Source: an uncultured Candidatus Rokubacteria bacterium
GTDB lineage: Bacteria > Methylomirabilota > Methylomirabilia > Rokubacteriales > CSP1-6
Direction: 5' to 3'
Assembly: GCA_963771355.1 (NCBI GenBank)
Contig: CAVYTA010000006.1
Coordinates: 1,120,001-1,184,000, forward strand
Length of the DNA stretch: 64,000 bases
The position numbers were made by a program, and so were the translations under genes. Position 1 is the first letter of the stretch, and each line of letters opens with the position of its first letter. The notes beneath the pieces were generated by a model. It saw nothing but the letters and a program-made list of their open reading frames with translations. It had not been told where the DNA came from and ran no database searches. Shown here in pieces: positions 30,003 to 41,200 of this stretch.

Positions 30003-30982
30003 GCGCGCCCCTGCTCGAGGAGGCGCGCCGCGTCCTTGGCGAAGTAGGTGATGATGATGTCGGCGCCCGCGCGGCGGATACCGGTGAGCGCCTCCAGCAT
30101 CGCGCGCTCCTCGTCGAGCCAGCCGAGCTGGCCCGCCGCGCGGATCATCGCGTATTCCCCGGACACCGAGTACGCGGCCACCGGCAGGCCGAAGTCGGCC
30201 TTCACCCGCGCCACCACGTCGAGATAGGGCAGGGCGGGCTTGACCATCACGATGTCCGCGCCCTCGTCCACGTCGAGCGCGACTTCCCGCATCGCCTCCA
30301 GCGCGTTGGCGGGGTCCATCTGGTACGAGCGCCGGTCGCCGAACTGCGGGGTGGAATCGGCGGCCTCGCGGAAGGGGCCGTAGAAGGCGGAGGCGTACTT
30401 CGCCGAGTACGCCATGATCGGCGTCTCCGGATAGCCGCCCTCGTCGAGGGCCTCGCGGACGGCGGCCACGTGCCCGTCCATCATGTCGGACGGCGCCACC
30501 ATGTCGGCACCCGCCTCGACGTGGGAGAGCGCGGTGCGCGCGATGAGATCCAGGGTGGGATCGTTCTTGATGCGGCCGTCCTCCACCACCCCGCAGTGCC
30601 CGTGGCTGGTGTACTCGCACAGGCACACGTCGGTGACCACGAGGAGGTCGGGGATGGTGTCCTTCACCGCGCGCACCGCCTGCTGGATGATGCCGTCCTC
30701 CGCGTACGCCTCGCTCCCGCGTGGGTCCTTGTCCAGGGGCAGGCCGAAGAGCAGCACCGCCGGGATCCCCATCGACGCCGCGTCCTTGCACTCCTTCAGC
30801 AGCTCGTCGATGGAGAGCCGGTACTGGCCCGGCATGGAGCCGATGGGCTCGCGCACCCCGCGCCCGTGCACGGTGAACAGCGGCAGCATGAAGTCGTCGA
30901 CCCGCAGCGCGGTCTCGCGGACCATCTTCCGCAGGAGCGGCGACTCGCGCAGCCGGCGCGGGCGATAGAGCGGATACGGCAT
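29999..30982 (-). CDS. hemB: Porphobilinogen synthase
   Basis: [38 protein letters not shown]. Confidence 0.98.
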   Translation of the reverse strand: MPYPLYRPRRLRESPLLRKMVRETALRVDDFMLPLFTVHGRGVREPIGSMPGQYRLSIDELLKECKDAASMGIPAVLLFGLPLDKDPRGSEAYAEDGIIQQAVRAVKDTIPDLLVVTDVCLCEYTSHGHCGVVEDGRIKNDPTLDLIARTALSHVEAGADMVAPSDMMDGHVAAVREALDEGGYPETPIMAYSAKYASAFYGPFREAADSTPQFGDRRSYQMDPANALEAMREVALDVDEGADIVMVKPALPYLDVVARVKADFGLPVAAYSVSGEYAMIRAAGQLGWLDEERAMLEALTGIRRAGADIIITYFAKDAARLLEQGRA

Positions 30983-30985
30983 GGC

Positions 30986-31852
30986 TCAGCTCCTCCTTGG
31001 CGCGCGCTCGAAGTGGGCCGCGATGGCCCCCGCGAGCGCGGGAATCGTGTACTCGCCGGGCATGATGGCGGTTTCGAGGCCGTGCTCGGTGGCGGTGGCC
31101 CGGGTGATGGGCCCGATGCAGGCCACCCGCACGCCCCGCAGCAATCGCGGCAGCTCGCCGGGCGCGAACAGCGCCGCGAAGTGACGGACCGTCGACGAGC
31201 TCGTGAAGGTGACCACGTCGGCGCCGCCGCGCTCGAACAGTAAGCGCAGCTCTGCGGCGCCCGGGAGGGCGGGACGCGTGCGATAGGCGGCCACCTCGTC
31301 CACCCGCGCCCCCATGGCTTCCAGCTCGCGCACGAGAAGGTCACGGGTCTCGGCCGCGCGTGGCAGCAGGACCTGATCGCCGGTGGCGAGGAGTCCGCGC
31401 AGCCGCGCCGCCAGCCCCTCGGCCACGTACTCGTCCGGCACCACCGCCGCGGCCAGGCCCCAGTCGGCGAGCGCCTCCGCGGTGGCGGGGCCGATGGCGG
31501 CCACGCGCGCGGCGCCGAACACCTCCGCGCCCCGCCCGCCCTCGGCCAGCCGGCGGCGCGTCATCGCGACGCCGTTGACGCTGGTGAAGATCACCCAGCG
31601 GTACTCCCGCGCCCGCGCCAGCGCCGCGTCGAGCGCGGCCCAGGAATCGGGCGGCTCGATCACGATGGTGGGGACGAGGACGACGCGCGCGCCCGCCGCC
31701 TCGAGAAGGTCGTGGAAGGGACCGGCCTGGGCCGCGGCGCGGGTGACGATGACCACCTTGCCCGAGAGGGGCCGGGCTGTCTCCACGCTGCCTCCGCTCT
31801 CGCCGCGTCCCCGCATCACCGCCGTCCCTGCCCCCCCGTTGTCCTCGCTCAC
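30986..31852 (-). CDS. hemD: Uroporphyrinogen-III synthase
   Basis: VIVTRA, FTSVNGV, AIGPATA, FTSSSTV, CIGPIT; start uncertain. Confidence 0.92.
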   Translation of the reverse strand: MSEDNGGAGTAVMRGRGESGGSVETARPLSGKVVIVTRAAAQAGPFHDLLEAAGARVVLVPTIVIEPPDSWAALDAALARAREYRWVIFTSVNGVAMTRRRLAEGGRGAEVFGAARVAAIGPATAEALADWGLAAAVVPDEYVAEGLAARLRGLLATGDQVLLPRAAETRDLLVRELEAMGARVDEVAAYRTRPALPGAAELRLLFERGGADVVTFTSSSTVRHFAALFAPGELPRLLRGVRVACIGPITRATATEHGLETAIMPGEYTIPALAGAIAAHFERAPRRS

Positions 31853-32763
31853 TCGCCGCCGCCCTCGCCGAGCAGGGCGCCGGCGCCGCGCGCGAGCAGC
31901 TCGTCGGCGAGCTTCTCGCCGAGCGCGCGCCCGGATGTGGGCGCTCCGCTCACCGTCCCCTCCAGCACCGTGGCCCCGTCCACGCTGGCCACCAGCCCTT
32001 GCAGCACGAGGGCCCCCGCGTCCAGCCGGGCCAGGCCGGCCACCGGCGTGTGGCAGCTGGCGCCGAGGCGCGCCAGGAAGGCCCGCTCCGCCTCGGCCTG
32101 CATCCGGGTCTCAGTGTGGTCCAGCGTCGCCAGAAGTTCAAGCAGCGGCCGCTCGCCCGCGCGGGCCTCCACGCCCAGGATGCCCTGGCCCACCGCCGGC
32201 GGGAACGTGTCCATCGGCAGTGGACGGGCGCCCGGGGGCGCCACCCCGAGCCGCCGCAGCCCGGCCTGCGCCATCACCAGCGCGTCGTAGTCGCCCGCGT
32301 CGAGCTTCCGCAGCCGCGTGTCGACGTTGCCCCGGATCGGCTCGGCGCGCAGATCGGGCCGGCACCGGAGGAGGAGCACGCGCCGCCGCAGGCTGGAGGT
32401 GCCCACCACGCCGCCCGGAGGCAGGTCGGCGAGCCCCGCGCCCCCGCGCGCGACGAGCACGTCGGCGGGATCCTCGCGCGGCGGGTACGCGGCCAGGGTG
32501 AGCCCGGCCGGCAGCAGCGCGGGCATGTCCTTGAGGCTGTGCACCCCCACGTCCACGCGGCGCTCGAACAGCGCCTCCTCGATCTCCTTCACGAAGAGCG
32601 CCTTGCCCCCGAAGTCGGCGAGGGCGACCTGGGCGAGCTGATCGCCCGAGGTCCGGATGGGAACGATCTCCACCTCGGCGCCGTGCGCCCGGAGCACCGC
32701 CGCCACCGTCTCCGCCTGGGCCAGCGCGAGGCGGCTGCCGCGCGTGCCGACGCGCACCTTCAT
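31849..32763 (-). CDS. hemC: Hydroxymethylbilane synthase
   Basis: GTRGSRLALAQ, VHSLKD, GTSSLRR, RGNVDTRL, GASCHTPV. Confidence 0.97.
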   Translation of the reverse strand: MKVRVGTRGSRLALAQAETVAAVLRAHGAEVEIVPIRTSGDQLAQVALADFGGKALFVKEIEEALFERRVDVGVHSLKDMPALLPAGLTLAAYPPREDPADVLVARGGAGLADLPPGGVVGTSSLRRRVLLLRCRPDLRAEPIRGNVDTRLRKLDAGDYDALVMAQAGLRRLGVAPPGARPLPMDTFPPAVGQGILGVEARAGERPLLELLATLDHTETRMQAEAERAFLARLGASCHTPVAGLARLDAGALVLQGLVASVDGATVLEGTVSGAPTSGRALGEKLADELLARGAGALLGEGGGE

Positions 32764-34052
32764 CGGTCGTGCTCGCCCGTCGAGCGCCGGAGCCCGAAGA
32801 TCTCCGACACCACCTCCGTCCACCGCCGTCCGTGGCCGTCGCGCGAGGAGTCGCGGAGCTTGACCACGGGGGCGTGCAGGACCTTGTTGACGATGGCCTG
32901 GGAGAGCCCCTCCAGCACCGCGCGCGTCTCCGCGCTGGCGCCGGGCAGGCGCGCGAGCGCCTTGTCGAGCTCGCCCCGGCGGATGGCCTCGAGCTTCTCC
33001 TTCAGCGACACGATGGTCGGGACCACTTCGACCTCGTGGAGGCGGCGGAGGAAGCGCCCCACCTCGCCGTCCACCATGATCTCCGCGCGCCGGGCCTCGC
33101 GCTGACGCTCACGCCGGTTGGCCTCCACCACCTGCTCGAGATCGTCCACGTCATAGGCGAAGACCCCATCGAGCGTGTTGACCGCGGCCTCGACGTTGCG
33201 GGGCACGCCGAGGTCGATGATGAAGAGCGGCCGCGGGCGCCGCGCGGCGACGGCGGCCCGCACCTCGGTCACCCGCACCACCGGCTCGGGCGCGGCGGTG
33301 CAGGCGATCACGATGTCCACCTCCGCCATCACCGCCGCCGTCTGCTCGAATGGCACCGCGGTGCCCGCCAGGGCCGCCGCCAGCTCGCGGGCGCGGGCCA
33401 GCGTGCGGTTGGCGACGTAGAGCGGCATCGCGCCCGCCTCCATGAGGAGACGCGCGGCCAGCTCCGCCATCTCGCCCGCGCCCACCAGCAGCACCGCCTT
33501 GCCGTCCAGGCGGCCGAAGATCTTCCGCGCCAGCTCCACCGCGGTGGAGGAGACGGACACCGCGAAGCGGCCCACCTCCGTCTCCGTGCGCACGCGCTTG
33601 GCCACGCTGAAGGCCTGGCTCATGAGGGCATTGAGCACGGGGCCCACGGTGCGGCACGACTGCGCGAGCGCGAAGGCATCCTTCACCTGCCCCAGGATCT
33701 GCGGCTCGCCGATCACCAGCGAGTCCAGGCTCGCCGCCACCCGGAAGGCGTGACGCACCGCCGCCTCGCCGGTATGCGCGAAGAGGTGGGGCTCGATGGA
33801 CGCCAGCTCGACACCGCGATGCGCCCCCAGCTGGCGGAAGGCGGCCGCCCGCGCCTCGCCGGGCGCCTCCGCCACGCCGTAGACCTCCACCCGGTTGCAG
33901 GTGGAGAGGATCATGAGCTCCGCCGCGGTGCCCTGCGCGGCGAGCACGGCCACCACCTCGCGCAGCTTGTCCTCCTCGAGGGCGAGCTGCTCGCGCACCT
34001 CCACCGGCGCCGTCCGGTGGCTCATTCCCGCCACGAAGAGGGTCGGGGTCAC
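32760..34052 (-). CDS. hemA: Glutamyl-tRNA reductase
   Basis: HRTAPVEVRE, LSTCNRVE, GEPQILGQVK, GAGEM, DLGVPRNV; GTG 34052. Confidence 0.96.
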   Translation of the reverse strand: MTPTLFVAGMSHRTAPVEVREQLALEEDKLREVVAVLAAQGTAAELMILSTCNRVEVYGVAEAPGEARAAAFRQLGAHRGVELASIEPHLFAHTGEAAVRHAFRVAASLDSLVIGEPQILGQVKDAFALAQSCRTVGPVLNALMSQAFSVAKRVRTETEVGRFAVSVSSTAVELARKIFGRLDGKAVLLVGAGEMAELAARLLMEAGAMPLYVANRTLARARELAAALAGTAVPFEQTAAVMAEVDIVIACTAAPEPVVRVTEVRAAVAARRPRPLFIIDLGVPRNVEAAVNTLDGVFAYDVDDLEQVVEANRRERQREARRAEIMVDGEVGRFLRRLHEVEVVPTIVSLKEKLEAIRRGELDKALARLPGASAETRAVLEGLSQAIVNKVLHAPVVKLRDSSRDGHGRRWTEVVSEIFGLRRSTGEHDR

Positions 34053-34858
34053 GAGCCGTGGCGCCCCTGGAGCAGCACGCCCGCGCCCAGCGTGAGGAGG
34101 AGGGCGCAGAAGCCGGCGATGGCGAGGTAGGCGGCACGCCGCCCATGCCAGCGTCCGACCACCCGCCCGGCCAGGATGGCCGCGTACACCAGCCACATGA
34201 GGACGGAGAAGAGCGCGACCGGGTCGAAGGCGAGCACGCTCCCCCAGGCCGCGCCCGCCCAGAGCGCGCCCAGCAGGAGCCCGGCGGTGAGGAACGGGAA
34301 GCCCAGGGTCAGCGTGCGGTAGCTGAGGCGGTCCAGCGTCTCCAGCGCGGGCAGCCGGTAATAGATCGTCCCCGGGCGCTTCGCCTTGAGCTGGCGCTCC
34401 TGCAGGAGATACATCACCGCGCCCGCGAAGTTGAGTACGAGGGCGGCGAAGCCGAGCAGCGCCAGCGCGGCGTGAATCCAGATCCACGCGCTCCGGATCG
34501 TGGGCTCCAGGGCCAGCGCGCGGAGGCCGGTGGGCAGCGCCAGTCCCAGCCCCACGATCACCGGGAGCACGAAGGCGCCCAGCACCTTGACGCGATACAC
34601 GCGCTCCGCCCAGAGCTCGAAGAGCACCGCGCCCCAGATCACCACCGAGACCAGCTCCGACAACGTGAGCAGCGGCAGCCGCCCCAGCTCGGCGCCGCGC
34701 ACGCCGATGGCGAGGGTGTGGAAGAGCCAGCCCGCCTGGGTGAACAGGAGCGCCAGGCGCCAGAGGCCCTCGCGCCGTCCCAGGAGGTGGCCGAGCGCGG
34801 CCACCATCGCCACGATGTAGGCGGTGAGCGCGATGTCGTAGAGGACGGCGTTGATCAC
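34049..34858 (-). CDS. ccsA: Cytochrome c biogenesis CcsA/HemX-like membrane protein
   Basis: WIWIH, LQERQLK, RLPALETLD, GFPFLTAG, GALWA..AWG; coupled to hemA. Confidence 0.85.
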   Translation of the reverse strand: MINAVLYDIALTAYIVAMVAALGHLLGRREGLWRLALLFTQAGWLFHTLAIGVRGAELGRLPLLTLSELVSVVIWGAVLFELWAERVYRVKVLGAFVLPVIVGLGLALPTGLRALALEPTIRSAWIWIHAALALLGFAALVLNFAGAVMYLLQERQLKAKRPGTIYYRLPALETLDRLSYRTLTLGFPFLTAGLLLGALWAGAAWGSVLAFDPVALFSVLMWLVYAAILAGRVVGRWHGRRAAYLAIAGFCALLLTLGAGVLLQGRHGS

Positions 34859-34883
34859 GGGTCACCGCGCCCCGGCCCCGCCC

Positions 34884-35750
34884 TCACGGGGCGGCGGTGA
34901 GATGGGCGAGCGAGGGCGTGCCGCGCCAGTACCCCTCGCGGGCCGCGTGAATGTCCAGATGCGGCGAGCTCCAGTCCTCCACCAGCGGCGACCCCGCATT
35001 CCAGCGCTGGCGCCGGTCCACGCCCTTGAGATAGCCGTGGCAGGACCGGCAGGCCTCGATGAAGTAGCCCTCGTCCACGCCTTCACCCAGGAGTCGCACC
35101 AGGTCGCGGGACTCCCAGCTCTCGCAGAACGGGCAACGGAGGCGGGGTGCGATCCAGGCGCCGCCGCAGAGATGACAGGAGAGCCGGCGGCGTCCGTCCT
35201 CGACGAGGTCCCCGTAGCCGGGCATGCCGCCGCACCAGGGGCAGACGCCCGGGGTCCAGATACCGTCCGGCAGCTCGCGCGTGGCCGCGAAGTGCTGCTC
35301 GAGCCCGGGCCGGAGCCCCGCGAGGGCGAGGAATGACACGAAGGTGGCGCCGAGCCCGAGGCGCTCGTCGCGCGTGGCCGCGCCGTCCTTGCCCGCGACG
35401 GGCATGAGGTCGCGCGGCCCCACTGCGCCCCCATCCCAGGCCGCCGCGAAGCGCTGGAGCGACTCCGCCGCGTCTCCGCCCAGCCCCGCGAGCTGCTCCA
35501 TCACCGGCCCCACCAGCTCCTCGACCTGATCGCGTGGCAGCTCGGGATCCGCCTCCGCGGCCAGCGGCACCCCGCGCTCCCAGCGCTCGCGGCACTCGAG
35601 CGGCGACCACCGGAGGGGAGGCACCGACTCCTCGGGCCAGCGGCTCCACCCCTCCAGCACCACGGTCCAGAAACCCAGGGAGCTCGCGAGACCCTTGCGG
35701 CGGCCGAGCGCCTCCTCCCACTCACGTCCGAGCGCGGCGTGATCGATCAT
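34884..35750 (-). CDS. fdhE: Formate dehydrogenase maturation protein FdhE
   Basis: CPWC, CHLC, CPFC, CRSC..YLK motifs; adjacent to fdh genes. Confidence 0.88.
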   Translation of the reverse strand: MIDHAALGREWEEALGRRKGLASSLGFWTVVLEGWSRWPEESVPPLRWSPLECRERWERGVPLAAEADPELPRDQVEELVGPVMEQLAGLGGDAAESLQRFAAAWDGGAVGPRDLMPVAGKDGAATRDERLGLGATFVSFLALAGLRPGLEQHFAATRELPDGIWTPGVCPWCGGMPGYGDLVEDGRRRLSCHLCGGAWIAPRLRCPFCESWESRDLVRLLGEGVDEGYFIEACRSCHGYLKGVDRRQRWNAGSPLVEDWSSPHLDIHAAREGYWRGTPSLAHLTAAP

Positions 35751-35753
35751 GGA

Positions 35754-36515
35754 TCAGGCGCCGGGCGCGTCGAGGGCCAGCGCCTCGCCCGCGTAGAGGT
35801 TGAGGCTCTCCGGACGGAGATATCCCACCACGGTGATGCCGAGCTGCTCGGCCAGGCCCACCGCCATCTCGGTGGGCGAGGTGCGCGACGCCACCAGGGG
35901 CACGCCCATCCGCGCGGCCTTGAGAAGCATCTCGGAGGAGACCCGGCCGGTGGAGAGCAGGATGCGGTCGGTGGTCTCGAGCCCGCGCTGCAGCGCCTCG
36001 CCCTTGAGCTTGTCCACGGCATTGTGCCGGCCCACATCCTCGGCGAGGAGGAGGATCCGGTCAGGATCGGCCAGCGCGGCGCCGTGGATACCGCGCGAAG
36101 CCTGGTAGTGGACGCACCCAGAAAACAAGTCTTTCATCCGGGCACTTAGGTCGGCAGGCCTGACACGGAGCTTGGAGTCGAGTCGGCTGAAGAGCCGCGG
36201 GTCGATCCGGAAGGTGATGCCGCCTCCGCAGCCGGAGGTGAGGATACGCTCGGTGGGAAGGCTCACGGGCCCACTCAAGGTGACGTCGGCCCGTCCATCC
36301 ACTTCCGAGACCGTGAGCGCGGTGACATCCTCCAGGCTCCCGATGACCTTTTCCATCCACAGATAACCCAGGACCAGGGACTCGAGTTGCATGGGCGAGC
36401 AGAGGAGGGTGAGAAACCGGTCACCGTTCACGTACACCGTGAGCGGCTGCTCCCGGACCACCGAGCCCTTGACCTCTTCCACGCGGCCGCGCTTCACCTC
36501 GAAGAAGGTCCTCAT
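35754..36515 (-). CDS. fdhD: Formate dehydrogenase sulfurtransferase FdhD
   Basis: TSGCG, HGAAL, EDVGRHNAVDKL, TGRVSSEMLLK. Confidence 0.93.
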   Translation of the reverse strand: MRTFFEVKRGRVEEVKGSVVREQPLTVYVNGDRFLTLLCSPMQLESLVLGYLWMEKVIGSLEDVTALTVSEVDGRADVTLSGPVSLPTERILTSGCGGGITFRIDPRLFSRLDSKLRVRPADLSARMKDLFSGCVHYQASRGIHGAALADPDRILLLAEDVGRHNAVDKLKGEALQRGLETTDRILLSTGRVSSEMLLKAARMGVPLVASRTSPTEMAVGLAEQLGITVVGYLRPESLNLYAGEALALDAPGA

Positions 36516-36563
36516 CGGGGGCTCCTCATGGCCACCAGCCTACGGCGGGGGCGTCCCCTAAGC

Positions 36564-36593
36564 AAGAAACCCCCCGGCGGAGGGCCGGGGGGC
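36564..36593 (-). terminator. Rho-independent terminator after the FDH structural genes
   Basis: CCCCCCGGC-CCTCC-GCCGGGGGG (9 bp stem) followed by TTTCTT, about 35 nt after the nrfD-like stop. Confidence 0.65.
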
Positions 36594-36626
36594 ATCCGAT
36601 CGCGACGTGTCGAGAGCCGGGGGGGC

Positions 36627-37456
36627 TCAGGCTCGGGCCATCACGATGACGTAGCGGAGGATGAAGCCGCCGACGAGGACGAGGACCGCGGCCAGGCCGC
36701 CCAGGACCTTGACGCGTCCTCCCACCAGATCCAGCAGCAAGCGGGAGCACGAGACCGGCGGCGACCAGTCCGCCCCAGAACAGCGGCGCGAACGTGCCCG
36801 AGGTGATGGGGGCGGCCGCCGAGCCCAGCAGCCCCAGGAAGGCGGCGAGGAGCACCAGCTCGAGGACCATCGCGAATCGGTCGGCGTGCTTGACCTTCCG
36901 GTACCCGACCCCGCCGGACTCGCCGGAGAGGAAGAGGAGCAGGGAGATCGCGGCCATGCCGGTGGACGCGCCGGAGGCGAGGAACAGCGCCCCCATCAGC
37001 CGCGCCTCGCTCCAGAAGGGCTGCGCGCGTGGCGCTCAGCAGCACGCCGGTATAGCTGGCGAGGAAGAACCCGAAGATGGTGCCCAGCAGGCTGAGCTTG
37101 CGACGGAGCGGCGCGCGCGCCTCGCCGCCCACCCAGGCCAGGGCAGCGGAGAGGAACGCGAAGAGCCCGAAGACCCCGAGCATCCAGGCGCCGATGGACA
37201 TGGGGTCCCAGAACTTGAACGCGCCCATCATGTTCATGAAGCGACTGGGAGTGCCGAGGTCGAGGATGAGCAAGATCCCGCACAGGCCGATGAGCAGCAG
37301 CGCCAGGGTATAGCCGATGCGGAACACGCCGCGATCGCGATCGCTGCCGAAGTTGTCGGCGATGGCGGCGGTGAAGTACGCGCCGCCGGCGATGCCGCCG
37401 ATGAAGAAGTACCAGACGATGAGGAGATGCCAGTCCGGCGTCTTAACGATCTCCAT
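36627..37456 (-). pseudogene. NrfD/PsrC-family membrane anchor of FDH, two +1 frameshifts (may be sequence errors)
   Basis: PDWHLLIVWYFFIGGIAGG, LILDLG.P.RF, YTGVLLSAT; frame changes at about 37027 (to AQPFWSEARLMGALF) and about 36740 (to LLDLVGG...GGFILRYVIVMARA*). Confidence 0.8.
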
Positions 37457-38228
37457 CGCCGCCCTCCCTTCCGCCGCGGTCGCGGAAGGCCATGACCGCG
37501 CCCACCCCGACGAGCAGCGCCGAGCCCACCGACAGGAGCGAGTCCACGAGGACGTTCCGCTGGGGCAGGAGCGGCTTCTCCGGGAGGTGGTAGGTGGACG
37601 GCGTGTCCAGGAGCAGGAAGAAGGCATTGAGCCCGCCGAGCGGGCCGTTGCTGTCGGCGCCGTAGAGCTGGGCGCCCGTGTAGCCCATCTCCTTGAGCTT
37701 CGCCAGGCGCTTCTCGGCCTTGGGCACCAGCTCGTCGCGGAACCCGAACTGGATGGACTCGGTGGGGCAGGTCTTGGCGCAGGCGGGGCCGAGCCCGTTG
37801 TGGATGCGGTCGTCGCAGAAGGTGCACTTGTTGGCGCGCCCGGTGTCGTGGTTGAAGGACACCACGCCGAACGGGCAGGAGCTCACGCAGTACCGGCAGC
37901 CGTTGCAGAGGTCCTGGTTGATGTTGACGGTGCCGAACTCGGTGCGGTAGATGGCGCCGGTGGGGCAGGCGTCGAGGCAGCCCGCCTGGGCGCAGTGCTT
38001 GCAGACATCCGACATGAGGAGCCACTGGAGCTGGCCGTCGGGCTTCGGCTTCTCGATGAAGCGCACGAGACGGTAGGTCTTGTCGGTGAAGTGAGACTGG
38101 TTCTGATAGCCGCCCGTCCACTCCGGCTGCTCGAGCGGCAGCTCGTTCCACTGCTTGCACGCCACCTGGCAGGCCCGGCAGCCGATGCAGAGCGACGTGT
38201 CCGTGAACATCGCGAGTGTGCGCGCCAT
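37443..38228 (-). CDS. FDH iron-sulfur (beta) subunit, FdnH-like with C-terminal TM helix
   Basis: CIGCRACQVACK, CKHC..AGCLDACP, CNGCRYCVSSCP, KCTFC..PACAKTCP; hydrophobic C-terminus. Confidence 0.92.
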   Translation of the reverse strand: MARTLAMFTDTSLCIGCRACQVACKQWNELPLEQPEWTGGYQNQSHFTDKTYRLVRFIEKPKPDGQLQWLLMSDVCKHCAQAGCLDACPTGAIYRTEFGTVNINQDLCNGCRYCVSSCPFGVVSFNHDTGRANKCTFCDDRIHNGLGPACAKTCPTESIQFGFRDELVPKAEKRLAKLKEMGYTGAQLYGADSNGPLGGLNAFFLLLDTPSTYHLPEKPLLPQRNVLVDSLLSVGSALLVGVGAVMAFRDRGGREGGDGDR

Positions 38229-38230
38229 GG

Positions 38231-41200
38231 CTAGACCACCCCCTTCTTGACGTTGCAGACGAAGGCTTTGGTCTCCTGAATGTAGACGGTGGGGTCGGCC
38301 ACGGTCGCCGACAGGTCGTTGGTGATGTCGCCCTTGCTGCCCGGCAGGGCGTCGATGCCGTTATAGCCCCAGTGCCAGGGCACCCCGATCTGATGCACCT
38401 TCTTGCCGTCGATCAGGAAGGGCTTGAGCCGGTGCGTGACCATGGCGGTGACGTGCACCTTGCCGCGCGGGCTCGACACCGTGACCTTCTCGCCGTTGGT
38501 GATGCCGAGCTCCGCGGCCAGCTCGTGGCTGATCTCCGCGAAGTGGGAATGGAACAGCTCCGCCAGCATGGGCAGGTAGCGCGACATCACGCCGGACAGA
38601 TGATGCTCGGTGAGCCGGTAGGTGGTGATGACGTACGGGTAGTCGGGGGAGCCCACCGGCGCCAGGTTGTTCTGCTGGTCCGGCACGTCCCAGATCTTCA
38701 CCACCGGGTTGTTCTGCTGCTTCGAGAGCAGGTTCTTGGTGGGCGACTCCACCGGCTCGTAGTGCTCGGGGAATGGCCCGTCGTTGAGCGGGCCGAAGAA
38801 GGCGCCCACCAGATCGGCCCGCATGATGAACGGCTTGTCCCCGTTCTTGGCGTCCGGGGCCAGGAAGGCGTTGAAGTCCGGCACGTCGAGGCCCACCCAC
38901 TTGCCCTTCTCTTCCGGCTTCGCGCCGGGGGCCTCGGGATCCCACCAGATGAGCTTCTTCCGCTCGCTCCAGGGCTTGCCCTGGAGATCGGCGGACGCGC
39001 GATTGTAGAGAATGCGCCGGTTGGCCGGCCACGCGAAGCCCCAGCCGTGCGCGAGGTAATCCTTCTCGTCGGCGGGCTTCCGCGCATTGGCCTTGTTGAC
39101 GAGCTTGCCGTCCGGCCCTTCCACGGTGACGCCGGTATAGATCCAGCAGCCGCCGGCGGTCTTGCCGTCGTCGGTCATGTGGGCGAAGGAGTTGAGCGCC
39201 TGGCCCTTCTTGTAGACCACCTTGCCGTCCTTGTCGGTGATCTCCTCGGTGGCGAAGCCGTTGATCTCCTTCAGGACCAGCTCCATGTTGGGCTCTTTGG
39301 GATCGGTCGCCGAACTCGAAGCTCGCGGCGAGGAAGCCCTTGTCCCGCTCCTTCTGGGAGCCCGCGTACATCTTCTGCAGCCGCTTGGCCAGGCTCACGA
39401 AGAACTCGGCGTCGGAGGTGACGTCGCCGGGCGGGTTCACCGCCTTCTCGTGCCACTGGATGAGCCGCATGGTGTTGGTGAGCGAGCCGTCCTTCTCGGC
39501 GGCGGGCGCGGCGGGGAGGAAGAACACCTCGGTCTTGATGTCCTTGGCGCTGGCGCCGGGCGCCTTCCAGAACTCCGCCGTCTCGGTGATGAAGATGTCC
39601 TTCACCACCAGCCAGTCGAGCTTGCCCATGGCGGCGCGGGCCAGCTTGGCGTTGGGCCCGCCCACCGCCGGGTTCTGCCCGTCGGCGAGGAAGCCCCTGA
39701 TCTTGCCCTTGTACATGTCCACGAAGATGTGTTGATGGCTGTAGGCGTCCGCGGAGGCGCGCTTGGGCAGCCACTGATAGCCGAACTCGTTGTCCTTGGT
39801 GGCGGCGTCCCCGTAGAACGCCTTGAGGAGGCTCACCATGAACTTGGGGAGGTTCACCCAGAATCCGCCCTTGGGCGTCACCTTCTCGAGATAGGTCTTG
39901 AGGTCCGGATGCAGATCCCGGAGCGGCATGGCGAGATAGCCCGGGAGCTCGTGGTAGAGCAGCTCCAGGTCAGTGGCTCCCTGCACGTTGGCATGCCCGC
40001 GCAGGGCCACCACGCCGCCGCCCGGCCGCCCGATATTGCCGAGGAGGATCTGCAGCATGCACAGCGCCCGGATGTTCTGCACGCCGTTGGTGTGCTGGGT
40101 GAGGTTCAGCGCGTAGGTGATGCTGCCGGTCTTCTCCGGGCCGCTGTTCTCGCAGTAGAGCTTGGCGACCTGGACGAACTTGTCCTGGGGGATGCCGCAG
40201 ATGCGCTCCACCATCTCCGGCGTGTACCGGCTGTAGTGCCGCTTCATGAGCTGGAAGACGGAGTTGGGATCCTTGAGGGTGAGGTCGCGCTTGGGGTTCC
40301 CCTCCCCGTCGAGCTGATATTTCCAGCTGTCCCGCTTGTACGTCTGGGCGACGTGGGGGTCGTTGCCGCCCTTGCCGGTCTGCTCGAGGCCGGTGAAGAG
40401 CCCGGCCCCGTCGGTGGCGGTCTTGAAGGCAGGGTCGATGAGGAAGGACGCGTTGGTGTAATGGGTGACGTAGTCCTTGAAGTAGAGATTGTTCTGGATG
40501 GCGTAGCTGATGAGCCCGCCGAAGAACGCGATATTGGTGCCGGAGCGCAGCGGCACGTGGATGTCGGCCACCGAGCTGGTGCGAGTGAAGCGCGGGTCGA
40601 CGTGGATGAACTTCGCACCACGCTCCTTGGCCTTCATCACCCACTGGAAGCCGACGGGATGGTTCTCGGCGAAGTTGCTGGTGGCCATGATGACGTCCGA
40701 GTGCTGGATGTCGATCAGGTTGGTCGTCATCGCCCCCCGCCCGAACGTGGTCCCCAAAGCTGGGACCGTGGCGGAGTGTCAGACTCGGGCTTGATGCTCG
40801 TGGTAGACGATGCCGAAGGTGCGGTTCAGCTTGGAGAGGAGGTAGCACTCCTCGTTGTCGATGCAGGCCGAGCCCAGGGAGGCGATGGCATCGAGGCGGT
40901 TGACCACCACCTCCTTGCCGTCCTTGTCCTTCTCACGCTCGATGAAGTGCTTCTCGCGCACCTCGTAGTAGCGCTTGGCGATCTCGTCGTACATCCAGGC
41001 CAGCGGCTTCTCCTCCCACTTGTCGGACCCCGGCGCGCGGTACAGCGCCTTGGTGGGCCGCAGCGGGTTGTTGGAGAGCTGAATGGTCGCCGCGCCCTTC
41101 GGGCACAGCCGCCCCAGCGTATGCGGCGTGTCCGGATGCCCCTCGATGTCGATGATCTTGTCGCCCTTCGAGTACACGAGCTGGATACAGCCCACCGCGC

